Source: Spirochaetia bacterium
GTDB lineage: Bacteria; Spirochaetota; Spirochaetia; DSM-27196; Salinispiraceae
Direction of reading: 5' to 3'
NCBI GenBank assembly: GCA_038204425.1
Contig: JBBRCZ010000006.1
Coordinates: 1 to 64,000 of the forward strand
DNA: 64,000 nucleotides
The notes under the pieces were generated by a model that was not told the origin of the DNA, made no database searches, and saw only the letters and a program-made list of their open reading frames with translations. The stretch's first letter is position 1. Every line of letters begins with the position of its first letter. Positions 39,371 to 48,291 of this stretch are shown in pieces. A program made the position numbers and the translations under genes.

Positions 39371-41206
39371 CTAAACTTTAAAGACTTTTACGCTCTCCAC
39401 GAGGCTTTGTCCCACTTCGCCGATTTGGTGCGAATGGTCAGATACTTGATGGACCGCTTGGTTGATTTCTTGCAATCCGATCACAATTTCGCCAATGTTA
39501 GAGGTAACCTCTCCGGACAGGCGGCTTAAGTCAAGAAAGCTTACGGCCAGCTGTTTGGTGTTGTCGCCAATAGTTGCTGCTTCGTCGATAATCACCGTCG
39601 AACCAGCTCTTAGACTCTGCATGGTGTCCAAGACTTGACGGCCACCTGCGCGCATGTCTTGAATGTTTTTAACAATCTCTGTAATGGATTCGGCTACCGC
39701 AGAAATTTTTAAGCTGATGCTATCAAAGGCTTTGGAGGTACCTTCCCGGGTGGCGTCAGCCTCGCTGATACTTTGAGTGATGGTGCGAATAGTTTCTGCG
39801 ATCTCGCCTGAGCTTGCAGCTGAGGCGGCCGCAAGCTTGCCAATTTCATCGGCTACTACCGCAAATCCTCTACCGAGATCGCCAGCGTGAGCAGCCTCGA
39901 TGGCGGCGTTCATGGCCAAAATATTGGTTTGACTGGCAATCTTGGCTATTACATCTGACATTTCTTGAATAGCACTGACTTGCTCAGAAATGGACGCGAC
40001 TTTGGCAAACGAGTCTTCAAAAATCTCTCGTCCAGATTCGCTTTCTCTAACCAAGCTATTGGCGGCCTCGCGATCGAGCTCAGCGATATGGGATACTTTT
40101 TCCAATGAACTTATCATGTCTGTTACAGCGACGGTGGAGGTCTCAACATGTGTGCCTTGTTCGGCAATACGTCCGCGATAGCTTGCAACCCCGTCTGCAA
40201 CGCCGCGCGACCTGCCATCGGCCTCCCTAACCATGTTATCCATGGTTAACATCTGAGCGCGAATAGATGCAGTGTTGGCTTCTATTTCGATCGCGCTTGA
40301 AGTGGCAGTTGACACAGCTTGGCCCAAGTGGTTCCTTAGTTCGATATTGGTCTCACTGGCGTCCTTTATTTTGCCTATCGAACTATGAAGCGCCTCAAGA
40401 AGTAGGTCCAGATTCTTACTCAGCCGGCCAATTTCATCCTTGGATCGTGTATTAAAACGACCGCGGAGATCGCCAGTGCTCATGATCTGAACTTGGTTTT
40501 GAATCGACTTAAGCGAGCGTGCAATAGATCGGGACAACAAAAAGGAGAAGATCAGCAGTAACGTTGCGCAGAGAGAGACAACTATCCCAACGATCAGGAA
40601 GGCGCGGGCTTTGACAAGGCCAATTTCATTGGCAACCACGTCATCTTGGGCCGCGAGTTTTTCTACCGTTATAAGCAGGATAATTTGCGCGCTGGCCTCG
40701 CGGCTAGCGAAGTCTCTCACCATAGAACGCAATCGTCCCCTTCCTACGTCAGTAGAGGACGCGGAGTAAATGCTTAGGTCAATAATACTGCCCAATTGAG
40801 TATTGTTTTCTTCCGCTGCAACTGACAATAGATCGGTTAAAGACTTTTCTAAAGCCTTGAGGCTGGAACTTCCCAGTTCCTTAAGTTTGGCTACCACGTC
40901 GATGGCACCGGCCAGCGCTTGATTGACACGCGGCAGGTACGTCAAACTCGCAAGCTTGGCAAAGGCATCTTCATAATTCTTAAAGGCTAGGTCATAACTC
41001 AGTTTTTGTTTGACCAAGTTGGCATTCATTAGCTTGGATGCCTCTATCTGTAAGTCACGTACCGCTAGTTCGGTTTGCGAAAATTGAGTGTATTCTTGGT
41101 CTATCAAATCAATCGGTGAAATAACTAAGAGGTAACAGCCAACAGCGACTGCAAACATAGACAGGTTTATAAAAACCAGAAAATAAAGCTTTGTTTTTAT
41201 ATTCAC
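39371..41206 (-). CDS. Methyl-accepting chemotaxis protein
   Basis: Two TM helices, HAMP (GDL..KDEIGRL), hairpin [35 protein letters not shown]. Confidence 0.95.
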   Translation of the reverse strand: MNIKTKLYFLVFINLSMFAVAVGCYLLVISPIDLIDQEYTQFSQTELAVRDLQIEASKLMNANLVKQKLSYDLAFKNYEDAFAKLASLTYLPRVNQALAGAIDVVAKLKELGSSSLKALEKSLTDLLSVAAEENNTQLGSIIDLSIYSASSTDVGRGRLRSMVRDFASREASAQIILLITVEKLAAQDDVVANEIGLVKARAFLIVGIVVSLCATLLLIFSFLLSRSIARSLKSIQNQVQIMSTGDLRGRFNTRSKDEIGRLSKNLDLLLEALHSSIGKIKDASETNIELRNHLGQAVSTATSSAIEIEANTASIRAQMLTMDNMVREADGRSRGVADGVASYRGRIAEQGTHVETSTVAVTDMISSLEKVSHIAELDREAANSLVRESESGREIFEDSFAKVASISEQVSAIQEMSDVIAKIASQTNILAMNAAIEAAHAGDLGRGFAVVADEIGKLAAASAASSGEIAETIRTITQSISEADATREGTSKAFDSISLKISAVAESITEIVKNIQDMRAGGRQVLDTMQSLRAGSTVIIDEAATIGDNTKQLAVSFLDLSRLSGEVTSNIGEIVIGLQEINQAVHQVSDHSHQIGEVGQSLVESVKVFKV

Positions 41207-41313
41207 AATAGTCCTTTGGTCTCGGATATGATTAAGCTACCAGATTAAGCGGCTTCTTCCAAGTGCTGACGCAATTCGTATGCGCGTTCTAAATTATACC
41301 GTATACTAATGCC

Positions 41314-41652
41314 ATGGTGGCAGAAGGTTTTTGGATAACTAACCCAATCTGGGATCCTAGCAAGGAGATGCTAATCGTTTCTTTGCAAGGACAGCTAGAT
41401 GCGTCGGAGGTTCAGCAGTTTAGAGACCAACTTATCGCGACCTGTGACAAATATCCAACGCTCAAAGTTGTCAGAGTAGATGTCGGCGGCTTGCGCTATG
41501 TTTCTTCAACTGGCATTGGAGCCATTATTGATACTATGAAGTTACTGCGCTCGCGATGGGATGCTGAGCTGCAACTGTGTCGAGTGCAACAGCCAGTTAG
41601 GCAATTGATAGACCTTCTTGGTTTTTCACCCTATCTGAGCATAAAAGATTAG
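41314..41652 (+). CDS. STAS-domain protein (anti-sigma factor antagonist type)
   Basis: LQGQLD, LRYVSSTGIG, LLGF; 112 aa. Confidence 0.85.
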   Translation: MVAEGFWITNPIWDPSKEMLIVSLQGQLDASEVQQFRDQLIATCDKYPTLKVVRVDVGGLRYVSSTGIGAIIDTMKLLRSRWDAELQLCRVQQPVRQLIDLLGFSPYLSIKD

Positions 41653-41675
41653 AAATAAAGAATAAAGAACTGGAG

Positions 41676-42518
41676 ATGATTATGAAATTGAACATGAATT
41701 TGACTTTAAGGTGTCTGATGAGTGCTTTGGTGCTTTTGACAGCAAGTACCGCGTTGTCTGCACAGGCCACCGCCTATAAAGATGGCATCTATTTTGCTCA
41801 AGAAGCAAATTTTGCCGCTTCAGGATGGAAGGGGCAGCTGATTGTAAGAGTAAAAGCTGGCAAAATTGTGGCCGTTAACTGGAATGGCGTCAACAATCTC
41901 AATCTCTTAGACAAAAAGACCGTTGCCCAAACCGGCGGCTACGGCATGGGCAAGGTGGCCAAAAAGGGTGAGTGGCATCTCCAGGCCGCAGCTGTTGAAA
42001 CGTGGGTTATTAAAAATCAAGGTATAGGCGGACTTACCGTCAATGCCAACAAGACGACTGATGGTATTGCTGGAGCTAGTGTAAAAGTTGACGGCTTTGT
42101 TGCACTCTTTAACCAGGCTATAAGCTCGGCACCTGTAGCCAGTGGTTTGTACAAAAAAGACGGCTGGTATCGAGCCGAAGAAGTAGCCTTTGATCCACGA
42201 GCTGGCTGGAAGGATTCAGTCCTCCTTACCGTGGTAAATGGGCGAGTGGTGGATGCAGTTTGGAACGGCGCCTACAAGGACGCAACAAAAAAATCAAAAC
42301 TTAGCGAGTCCATTTCTGGTGCATACGGAATGGAAAAAGCAGCCAAAGCAGGAGCATGGCATGTACAAGCGGCAAGAGTTGAGGCTCACTTTTTGACCGT
42401 GCAAGATCCGGCCAAGGTGGCGCTCAAGGATGGCAAAGTAGACGGCCTCAGTGGCGCTAGTCTTAACCAGAGCGGGTTCTTTGCGCTCGCTAGCAACGCC
42501 TTAAAGACTGCGCGATAG
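41676..42518 (+). CDS. Exported protein with two tandem FMN-binding (flavinylation) domains
   Basis: Signal peptide; two repeats of YKDG.Y..E....GWK..V..G..V...WNG..K..YGM...W..QA..VE, ending in DGIAGAS and DGLSGAS. Confidence 0.8.
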   Translation: MIMKLNMNLTLRCLMSALVLLTASTALSAQATAYKDGIYFAQEANFAASGWKGQLIVRVKAGKIVAVNWNGVNNLNLLDKKTVAQTGGYGMGKVAKKGEWHLQAAAVETWVIKNQGIGGLTVNANKTTDGIAGASVKVDGFVALFNQAISSAPVASGLYKKDGWYRAEEVAFDPRAGWKDSVLLTVVNGRVVDAVWNGAYKDATKKSKLSESISGAYGMEKAAKAGAWHVQAARVEAHFLTVQDPAKVALKDGKVDGLSGASLNQSGFFALASNALKTAR

Positions 42519-42519
42519 T

Positions 42520-42538
42520 TTTGGCTTGCAAAGCCAAA
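42520..42538. terminator. Hairpin between convergent genes, possible terminator
   Basis: TTTGGCTT-GCA-AAGCCAAA. Confidence 0.55.
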
Positions 42539-42548
42539 GCCGAGCAAG

Positions 42549-43412
42549 TCACTTGCTGAGTGAGTTGCTCCTTAGGTACTCGTAGAACCAGCGAGTACTG
42601 AGCGCCTCAAAGGTGCCATCGGCCTTGAGAGCTGCGATAGCTGAGTTGATAACTGACTTGAGCTCGTGTCCTTTAGGAAACACAAAACCCAGTTCTTCTA
42701 AGCCAAGTGGCTGACCCACAAGCTTAAGTTTTTCTGGGTAGACCGCCAAGTAGCCGCGAGAACTGGAGCTATCCATCAAAATCAAGTCTACGTTGCCCGC
42801 TAGTAGAGCATCAACGACGCCGTCAAAATTGTCAAAAAGCTTGATGCGCGGGTTTTGTTCATTGCCGCCAAAAAAAGTATTTACTGCTACGCCAAAGTTG
42901 CTTGTGCCGGTTTGACTGCCAATTAGCAACTTTTCGTTACCAACAAAGCTGGCGACATCCGAAAAACGTGTTTCGTCACTTCGTACCAGCATCAATTGTT
43001 GAACCAACAAATAGGGGTCGGAAAAATCTACTAAACTTCGGCGTTCTTGAGTAATGCCTATGCCATTCATGCCCATGTCAACCTTGCCTGAAGCTACGTG
43101 AGCCAACATTTTGTCCCAAGAAACAAGTTCAAACACCAAGCTTGCATTGAGCCGTTTGGCAATTTCGGCCACTGCGTCGTATTCCCAGCCAATGCCCTTA
43201 TTTGAACCAAGTAACGTAAAGTTGAGCGGCACGTAGTCATTGGCAACGGCGATTTTGATTACACGCTCTTGTAGGTCGGCAAGGCCTGACAGACCTAAAA
43301 TGCTGCTGGTTGTAGTCGGCTTGGTATTGCCACAGGCAAAGCTAAGAAGAGCGATAAAAAATAGAGCCATAGCAAAAAAAACCTGGCTAACTGGCTTAGG
43401 TAAAAGTGTCAT
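42549..43412 (-). CDS. Second SBP-family-3 amino acid-binding lipoprotein (stand-alone)
   Basis: Lipobox SFAC; NDYVPLNF, GWEYD, ITQERR..DFSDPY, QTGTSN. Start placed at ATG 43412 behind AAGGA. Confidence 0.85.
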   Translation of the reverse strand: MTLLPKPVSQVFFAMALFFIALLSFACGNTKPTTTSSILGLSGLADLQERVIKIAVANDYVPLNFTLLGSNKGIGWEYDAVAEIAKRLNASLVFELVSWDKMLAHVASGKVDMGMNGIGITQERRSLVDFSDPYLLVQQLMLVRSDETRFSDVASFVGNEKLLIGSQTGTSNFGVAVNTFFGGNEQNPRIKLFDNFDGVVDALLAGNVDLILMDSSSSRGYLAVYPEKLKLVGQPLGLEELGFVFPKGHELKSVINSAIAALKADGTFEALSTRWFYEYLRSNSLSK

Positions 43413-43456
43413 AGAATAGTCCTTGGAGCGCATAATCGCTCTATTGATAATCAACA

Positions 43457-44092
43457 CTACACTTGTTTAGGTTTTTTTGCATCTCTATATTTCTGCAAAA
43501 GACGCCTAAAGCTGGCTATCATGTGTTTGCTTATTGCAATGTCGTCGCCAAGAACTTCAAGAGTATTAGCAATCGACTCAATAGTCGACAAGCATTCTCT
43601 GCGCGGTTCTCGACGTAGATTGCCGTAGAGCGAAGGCTGACTTGGCATGACCACCGCTCGATTAAGTTTTAAGAGCCAAGGGTTCCGCCACCACAAAGCC
43701 TTGGCCTGAGCCCAAGTACCATCTATGGCAACAATACCTTGTATCGACGAAACATCTTTGGGCACAAGGTCGCCTAGTTTATCAAAAAAATGAATGGCTG
43801 ATTGCGCCTGACTCTGGACAAGCTGTTCAAACTTGTAAGTGCTCCCTAAAAAAAGAACTAACCATTGCCGCGCATCTGCTTCTGCTCCAAGGGCGTGGCT
43901 TAGCTTGGCCCAAGAAAGGCCGGTAGCCAAAACTGAGTTCTTTAGAATCAAGTGAGAGATAAGCGCCGTTCCAAGCTCTTTGTCTGGTTCTTGAGGATGC
44001 TGAAGGATGAGCACTCTCAAGCGATTGTCAAAGACTTGCAGGTGATCACAAATACAAAGAGAGAGGGGCTTTTGACAACGCTCACACAACAT
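43457..44092 (-). CDS. DTW-domain tRNA-uridine aminocarboxypropyltransferase (TapT-like)
   Basis: CERC...CIC, LQHPQE, IDGTWAQA, LSTIES. Start placed at ATG 44092 behind AAGGA. Confidence 0.85.
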   Translation of the reverse strand: MLCERCQKPLSLCICDHLQVFDNRLRVLILQHPQEPDKELGTALISHLILKNSVLATGLSWAKLSHALGAEADARQWLVLFLGSTYKFEQLVQSQAQSAIHFFDKLGDLVPKDVSSIQGIVAIDGTWAQAKALWWRNPWLLKLNRAVVMPSQPSLYGNLRREPRRECLSTIESIANTLEVLGDDIAISKHMIASFRRLLQKYRDAKKPKQV

Positions 44093-44185
44093 CTTCTTTG
44101 ATTTCCTTTGCACAAAATCTTGGGACAAACTAAGGTTAGGCAGGCAGCTTGTCAAGTGTGGGGCCAAGTGTGGTAGTCTGACCAG

Positions 44186-44701
44186 ATGAATTGGTACGTG
44201 GTTCAGGTAGTTAGTGGCAAAGAAACTCAGTATAAGCGCCTGGCAGACTCGAGATTATCTAAGTCAACTGAAGTCGAGTGGTTTTTTCCAACGCGAGCTC
44301 TGGTTGAGCGTCGTCGAGGCCAAGACAAGTTACGCAACGTGCCTCTATATCCTGGTTACCTATTTATCTGCTTGCAGTCTGCCGATCCTCAAATTTTTGA
44401 TGTCTTGTCGCGTCAGCTAGGTTTTATTCGATTTTTGGGTAGCTCGGGACAAGCTGATCCACTACCAGAACAAGACTTGGAGCTGCTCAAAGTACTGCGA
44501 AGCCATGGCGATAGTCCAGGTTTGTCAACGGTAAGTTTTGCCGAAGACATGACCATAAAAGTCATCTCTGGGCCCCTTAAAGATTTGCAGGGCAGGATCG
44601 TAAAGATTGATAAGCGCAAACAACGTGCCCGTGTTAGGCTTGACCTGTATGCTGAGTCCTTTGACTTGGACTTTGGCTATAAGCTCTTGGGACAGGCTTA
44701 G
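44186..44701 (+). CDS. loaP: NusG-paralog transcription antiterminator, LoaP type
   Basis: WYVVQVVSGKE, PLYPGYLF, KOW GPLKDLQG, basic KIDKRKQRA motif; sits at the head of a long polysaccharide operon. Confidence 0.8.
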   Translation: MNWYVVQVVSGKETQYKRLADSRLSKSTEVEWFFPTRALVERRRGQDKLRNVPLYPGYLFICLQSADPQIFDVLSRQLGFIRFLGSSGQADPLPEQDLELLKVLRSHGDSPGLSTVSFAEDMTIKVISGPLKDLQGRIVKIDKRKQRARVRLDLYAESFDLDFGYKLLGQA

Positions 44702-44734
44702 CCAATTGCGGCTTTTGAACGCTCAAAACTAGAA

Positions 44735-44779
44735 TTGACGTCTTGTTGCTTGCATGCTATTGTTCAATTTGTGAACAAT
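44735..44779 (+). promoter_or_regulatory. Sigma70 promoter overlapped by palindromic operator ATTGTTCA-N5-TGAACAAT
   Basis: TTGACG (44735-44740), 17-nt spacer ending in TGC, TATTGT (44758-44763); perfect 8-bp inverted repeat at 44759-44779. Confidence 0.7.
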
Positions 44780-44900
44780 GCTGGCTGTCGCTTTTGAGTG
44801 TGTTCCGGCCGCCGAAAGAAGCTGTCAGTTATAGCCCTTTTTTTGCGCCAGTTAGTCTAGCGCAAGCTACGCACGCCCACACGCCCACACGGATACAATT

Positions 44901-45500
44901 TTGGAACACGAATTAGAACTTGATATTCTCGAACACATTTCTCAAACTGAGCAAAAAGTTAGACAGCGGGACTTGGCCCACATTATTGGCAAGAGTCTCG
45001 GTATGACCAACGCAATCCTGCAGCGTTTGGTTCAAAAAGGCATGCTTAAAGTGGCACAAGCAAATGGCCGGAGTTTGTCGTATGTTGTCACTCCAGATGG
45101 AGTGCGAGAGCTGGCAAGTCGCAGTTACCGTTTTTTTAAACGCACCATAAAAAATGTGGTTTTTTATAAAGATGGCATAGAGAAGGCAGTCAAAAGTTGT
45201 TTGCAAGAGTCAGTGCCCAAAGGCTCTGCTGCGGTAGTCTTACTTGGCCAAAGTGACCTTGATTTTGTGGTGGAGCACGTTGTTCAATCGGCTGGCTTAG
45301 TTTTGTTGAGGCACACGGAGCCTAACGAGCTTGAAACCGTGCCAGGTTTAAAAGTGGTGGCATGTTTGCTAAGTGAGTCGGCATCTGAATCGATGCGTGC
45401 GTTTACAAAGACAAGGACCGCTTCTGTGTGGCATGATGCGCAACTAATAGACTTGTCACAAATTGTTTTGGGCACAACAATGGATCAGGAGAGAAGCTAA
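44901..45500 (+). CDS. Winged-helix MarR-like regulator of the EPS-associated type
   Basis: QRDLA....SLGMTNAIL..LVQKG, YVVTPDG; TAATG overlap with legB. Confidence 0.85.
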   Translation: MEHELELDILEHISQTEQKVRQRDLAHIIGKSLGMTNAILQRLVQKGMLKVAQANGRSLSYVVTPDGVRELASRSYRFFKRTIKNVVFYKDGIEKAVKSCLQESVPKGSAAVVLLGQSDLDFVVEHVVQSAGLVLLRHTEPNELETVPGLKVVACLLSESASESMRAFTKTRTASVWHDAQLIDLSQIVLGTTMDQERS

Positions 45501-46498
45501 TGCAGTTAAGAGGCAAAAAAGTCTTGGTGACCGGAGCCGACGGTTTTATTGGCAGTCACCTGACTGAGGCGCTGTTGGCAGAAGGCGCGCACGTTAGGGC
45601 ATTTGTTTACTACAACAGTTTTAATTCTTGGGGCTGGTTGGATAGCCTACCTGCTGAGGTTTTAAGTACAATCGAAATATTTGCTGGGGATATTCGAGAT
45701 CCAAATGGGGTTAGAAAAGCAATGGATGGCATTGAGATAGTCTTCCATCTGGCGGCTTTAATTGCTATTCCTTTTAGCTATCATTCTCCAGATAGTTACG
45801 TGGACACCAATATAAAAGGAACTCTCAATATCCTGCAGGCAGCTCGTGAGCTCGGGACCAAGAAAATTTTGGTTACTTCTACATCGGAAGTGTATGGCAC
45901 CGCACTCTACGTTCCCATTGACGAAAAACACCCCTTCCAAGGACAGTCTCCCTATTCGGCAACCAAAATTGGGTCTGATCGTATGGCAGAGAGTTTCTAT
46001 CGTAGTTTTGATCTGCCCGTAAGCATCGTGAGACCATTTAATACCTACGGACCTCGTCAATCGGCCCGTGCTGTTATCCCAACCATCATCACTCAGTTGT
46101 TGGCCGGCAAGTCCGAGATCAAGCTTGGCAGCCTTCATCCCACCCGCGACCTGCTTTTTGTAAAAGATACGGCGCGTGGTTTTATTGAGATAGCTAAGTC
46201 CGATAAGACTATCGGGCAAGAAATCAATATCGCCACTCAAGCCGAAATAAGTATAGGTGACTTAGCCAATGAACTGATTGCGCAGATAAATCCCGCTGCC
46301 ACTATAGTGACTGATGATGTGCGACTACGGCCCAACCTTAGTGAAGTAGAACGCTTGCTGGGCTCAAAGGAAAAGATTGAAGCGTTAACGGCTTGGCGGC
46401 CAGAGTTTGACCTCAAGGCTGGTTTGGCAGCTACTATCGCTTGGTTTAGAGATTCAAGCAACTTGGCCCGTTACAAGGCGGATATTTACAATGTATAG
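45500..46498 (+). CDS. legB: NAD-dependent NDP-GlcNAc 4,6-dehydratase
   Basis: TGADGFIGSHL, YNSFNSWGWLD, HLAALIAIPFSY, TSTSEVYG, YSATK, GPRQSARA. Confidence 0.92.
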   Translation: MQLRGKKVLVTGADGFIGSHLTEALLAEGAHVRAFVYYNSFNSWGWLDSLPAEVLSTIEIFAGDIRDPNGVRKAMDGIEIVFHLAALIAIPFSYHSPDSYVDTNIKGTLNILQAARELGTKKILVTSTSEVYGTALYVPIDEKHPFQGQSPYSATKIGSDRMAESFYRSFDLPVSIVRPFNTYGPRQSARAVIPTIITQLLAGKSEIKLGSLHPTRDLLFVKDTARGFIEIAKSDKTIGQEINIATQAEISIGDLANELIAQINPAATIVTDDVRLRPNLSEVERLLGSKEKIEALTAWRPEFDLKAGLAATIAWFRDSSNLARYKADIYNV

Positions 46499-46507
46499 GC
46501 ACTCAAC

Positions 46508-47659
46508 ATGAACCCCAGTCTCAAAGAACTTGTCGATTTTATTAAGCAACTCTATCCAAGTGAAAATCCAGTACCATTACATGCACCGCGTTTTTTGGGT
46601 GCCGAAAAGCAGTATCTGGCAGAATGTATAGATTCTACCTTTGTGTCATACGTTGGTGCCTTTGTGACCAAGTTTGAAAAACAAATTAGTGACTTAACTG
46701 GTGCAAAGCATGCTGTGGCGATGGTAAACGGAACAGCCGCTTTGCAAATGGCTTTGATAGCTTCTGGTATGCAAAGTGGAGATGAAGTCATAACTCAGGC
46801 ATTGACCTTTGTTGCCACGGCAAACGGCATTCGACACGCCGGTGGTGAGCCTGTTTTTATTGATGTGGACCGAGATACGCTTGGTATGAGCCCAAAAGCT
46901 TTGGAAGATTTTTTGGCTAAGTTCGCAGCCGTTCGCGACGGCGCCGTCTACAACAAGCTCAGCGGTCGACGAATCTTTGCAGTTATGCCAATGCATACGT
47001 TTGGTTTTGCGTGTCGAATTGTGGAACTTGCAAGCATCTGCAAAAAATGGGGTTTGGAGCTTATCGAGGATTCAGCTGAGTCGCTGGGCACTTGGGTAGG
47101 CGAACAGCACACCGGCACTTTTGGCAAGGCTGGTTTGTTGTCTTTTAATGGCAATAAACCCATTACTTGCGGCGGCGGTGGCATGTTGATTACTAATGAT
47201 GACGCAGTCGCCCACAAGGCGCGGCATATTTCGACCACCTCCAAAAGAAAACATGCCTGGGAATTTTTTCATGATGAGCTTGGTTGGAACTTGCGTATGC
47301 CCAACGTCAATGCAGCTCTTGGCTGTGCACAAATGGACAGACTTGACCACATACTATCAAACAAAAAAGAAACTGCAGCATGGTATGCAAGCTGGTGTGA
47401 TAAGCACAATGTCGGTTTTATTAAGCCCGTTGATGGCACTCGCCCAAACCACTGGTTAAATACCATAGTAGTGGCAGATTCCCTTGAGCGGGAAGAGTTC
47501 TTGGACTTCAGCAATAGCAATGGCGTTCAAACTAGGCCAATTTGGGTTCTGATGAACAAGTTGCCTATGTATCAAAACTGTTTAGTTGGCGATCTTCAGC
47601 AATCGCAGTGGCTCGAGGACCGCTTGGTAAACATTCCAAGTAGCGTAAGGGTGCAATGA
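46508..47659 (+). CDS. legC: LegC-family PLP aminotransferase
   Basis: VPLHAP, FVSYVG, NGTAAL, EDSAESLG, SFNGNK, NIPSS. Confidence 0.92.
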   Translation: MNPSLKELVDFIKQLYPSENPVPLHAPRFLGAEKQYLAECIDSTFVSYVGAFVTKFEKQISDLTGAKHAVAMVNGTAALQMALIASGMQSGDEVITQALTFVATANGIRHAGGEPVFIDVDRDTLGMSPKALEDFLAKFAAVRDGAVYNKLSGRRIFAVMPMHTFGFACRIVELASICKKWGLELIEDSAESLGTWVGEQHTGTFGKAGLLSFNGNKPITCGGGGMLITNDDAVAHKARHISTTSKRKHAWEFFHDELGWNLRMPNVNAALGCAQMDRLDHILSNKKETAAWYASWCDKHNVGFIKPVDGTRPNHWLNTIVVADSLEREEFLDFSNSNGVQTRPIWVLMNKLPMYQNCLVGDLQQSQWLEDRLVNIPSSVRVQ

Positions 47660-48291
47660 AAATTGTTCTTTTGGGCGCTGGTGGGCACGCAAAAAGTTGT
47701 ATTGCTTGTCTTGAAAGCGCTGGCTACCAGATAGCTGGTCTACTAGCTGGGCCTGAGCAGATTGGGCAGCGGTTTATGGGCTACGAGGTTTTGGGTGGCG
47801 ACGAGCAAATTGATTCACTAGCCAAGGCTGGGTATGAGTTTTTGGTAGCCGTTGGCCATATAGAAACCGCATTGGTTCGTCAAAGCTTGTTTGAGCGAGT
47901 TTTAGAGTCTGGCGGCCAGCTTCCGTCAATAATTGCGGCTGATTCCATAGTGCATCGATCAGCAGAGCTTGGTGCTGGAACCTTGATTATGCACAGGGGT
48001 TTTGTGAATGCAGGCGCCAAGCTTGGCAGAAACTGCATCATTAACACAGGCGCGATCGTTGAACATGATGTGACTATCGGCGACCATGTACATGTATCCA
48101 CAGGAGCCATTGTCAACGGCTCGGTTTGCATTGGCGACGGAAGTTTTATTGGCAGCGGTGCCGTGATTAGAAATAATTTGAGTATAGCAAGTCAAGTGGT
48201 GATTGGGGCAGGGGCAGTAGTGGTAAGCAGTATTGTGCTGCCGGGCACCTACGTTGGAAACCCGGCCCGTCGTCTGGAGAGTCTTGGATGA
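47656..48291 (+). CDS. NeuD/PglD-family hexapeptide acetyltransferase (LegH role)
   Basis: GAGGHAK, INTGAIVEHD, hexapeptide repeats, GNPAR. Confidence 0.88.
   Translation: MKIVLLGAGGHAKSCIACLESAGYQIAGLLAGPEQIGQRFMGYEVLGGDEQIDSLAKAGYEFLVAVGHIETALVRQSLFERVLESGGQLPSIIAADSIVHRSAELGAGTLIMHRGFVNAGAKLGRNCIINTGAIVEHDVTIGDHVHVSTGAIVNGSVCIGDGSFIGSGAVIRNNLSIASQVVIGAGAVVVSSIVLPGTYVGNPARRLESLG

Noticed and set aside
41207..41313. Sigma28 promoter for the chemoreceptor
   Set aside because: Only a poor TAAT..TCCGAGAC match with wrong spacing.
44872..44891. 8-bp tandem repeat CACGCCCA (2.5 copies) as a phase-variation tract
   Set aside because: Too few copies and non-coding; real but probably neutral.
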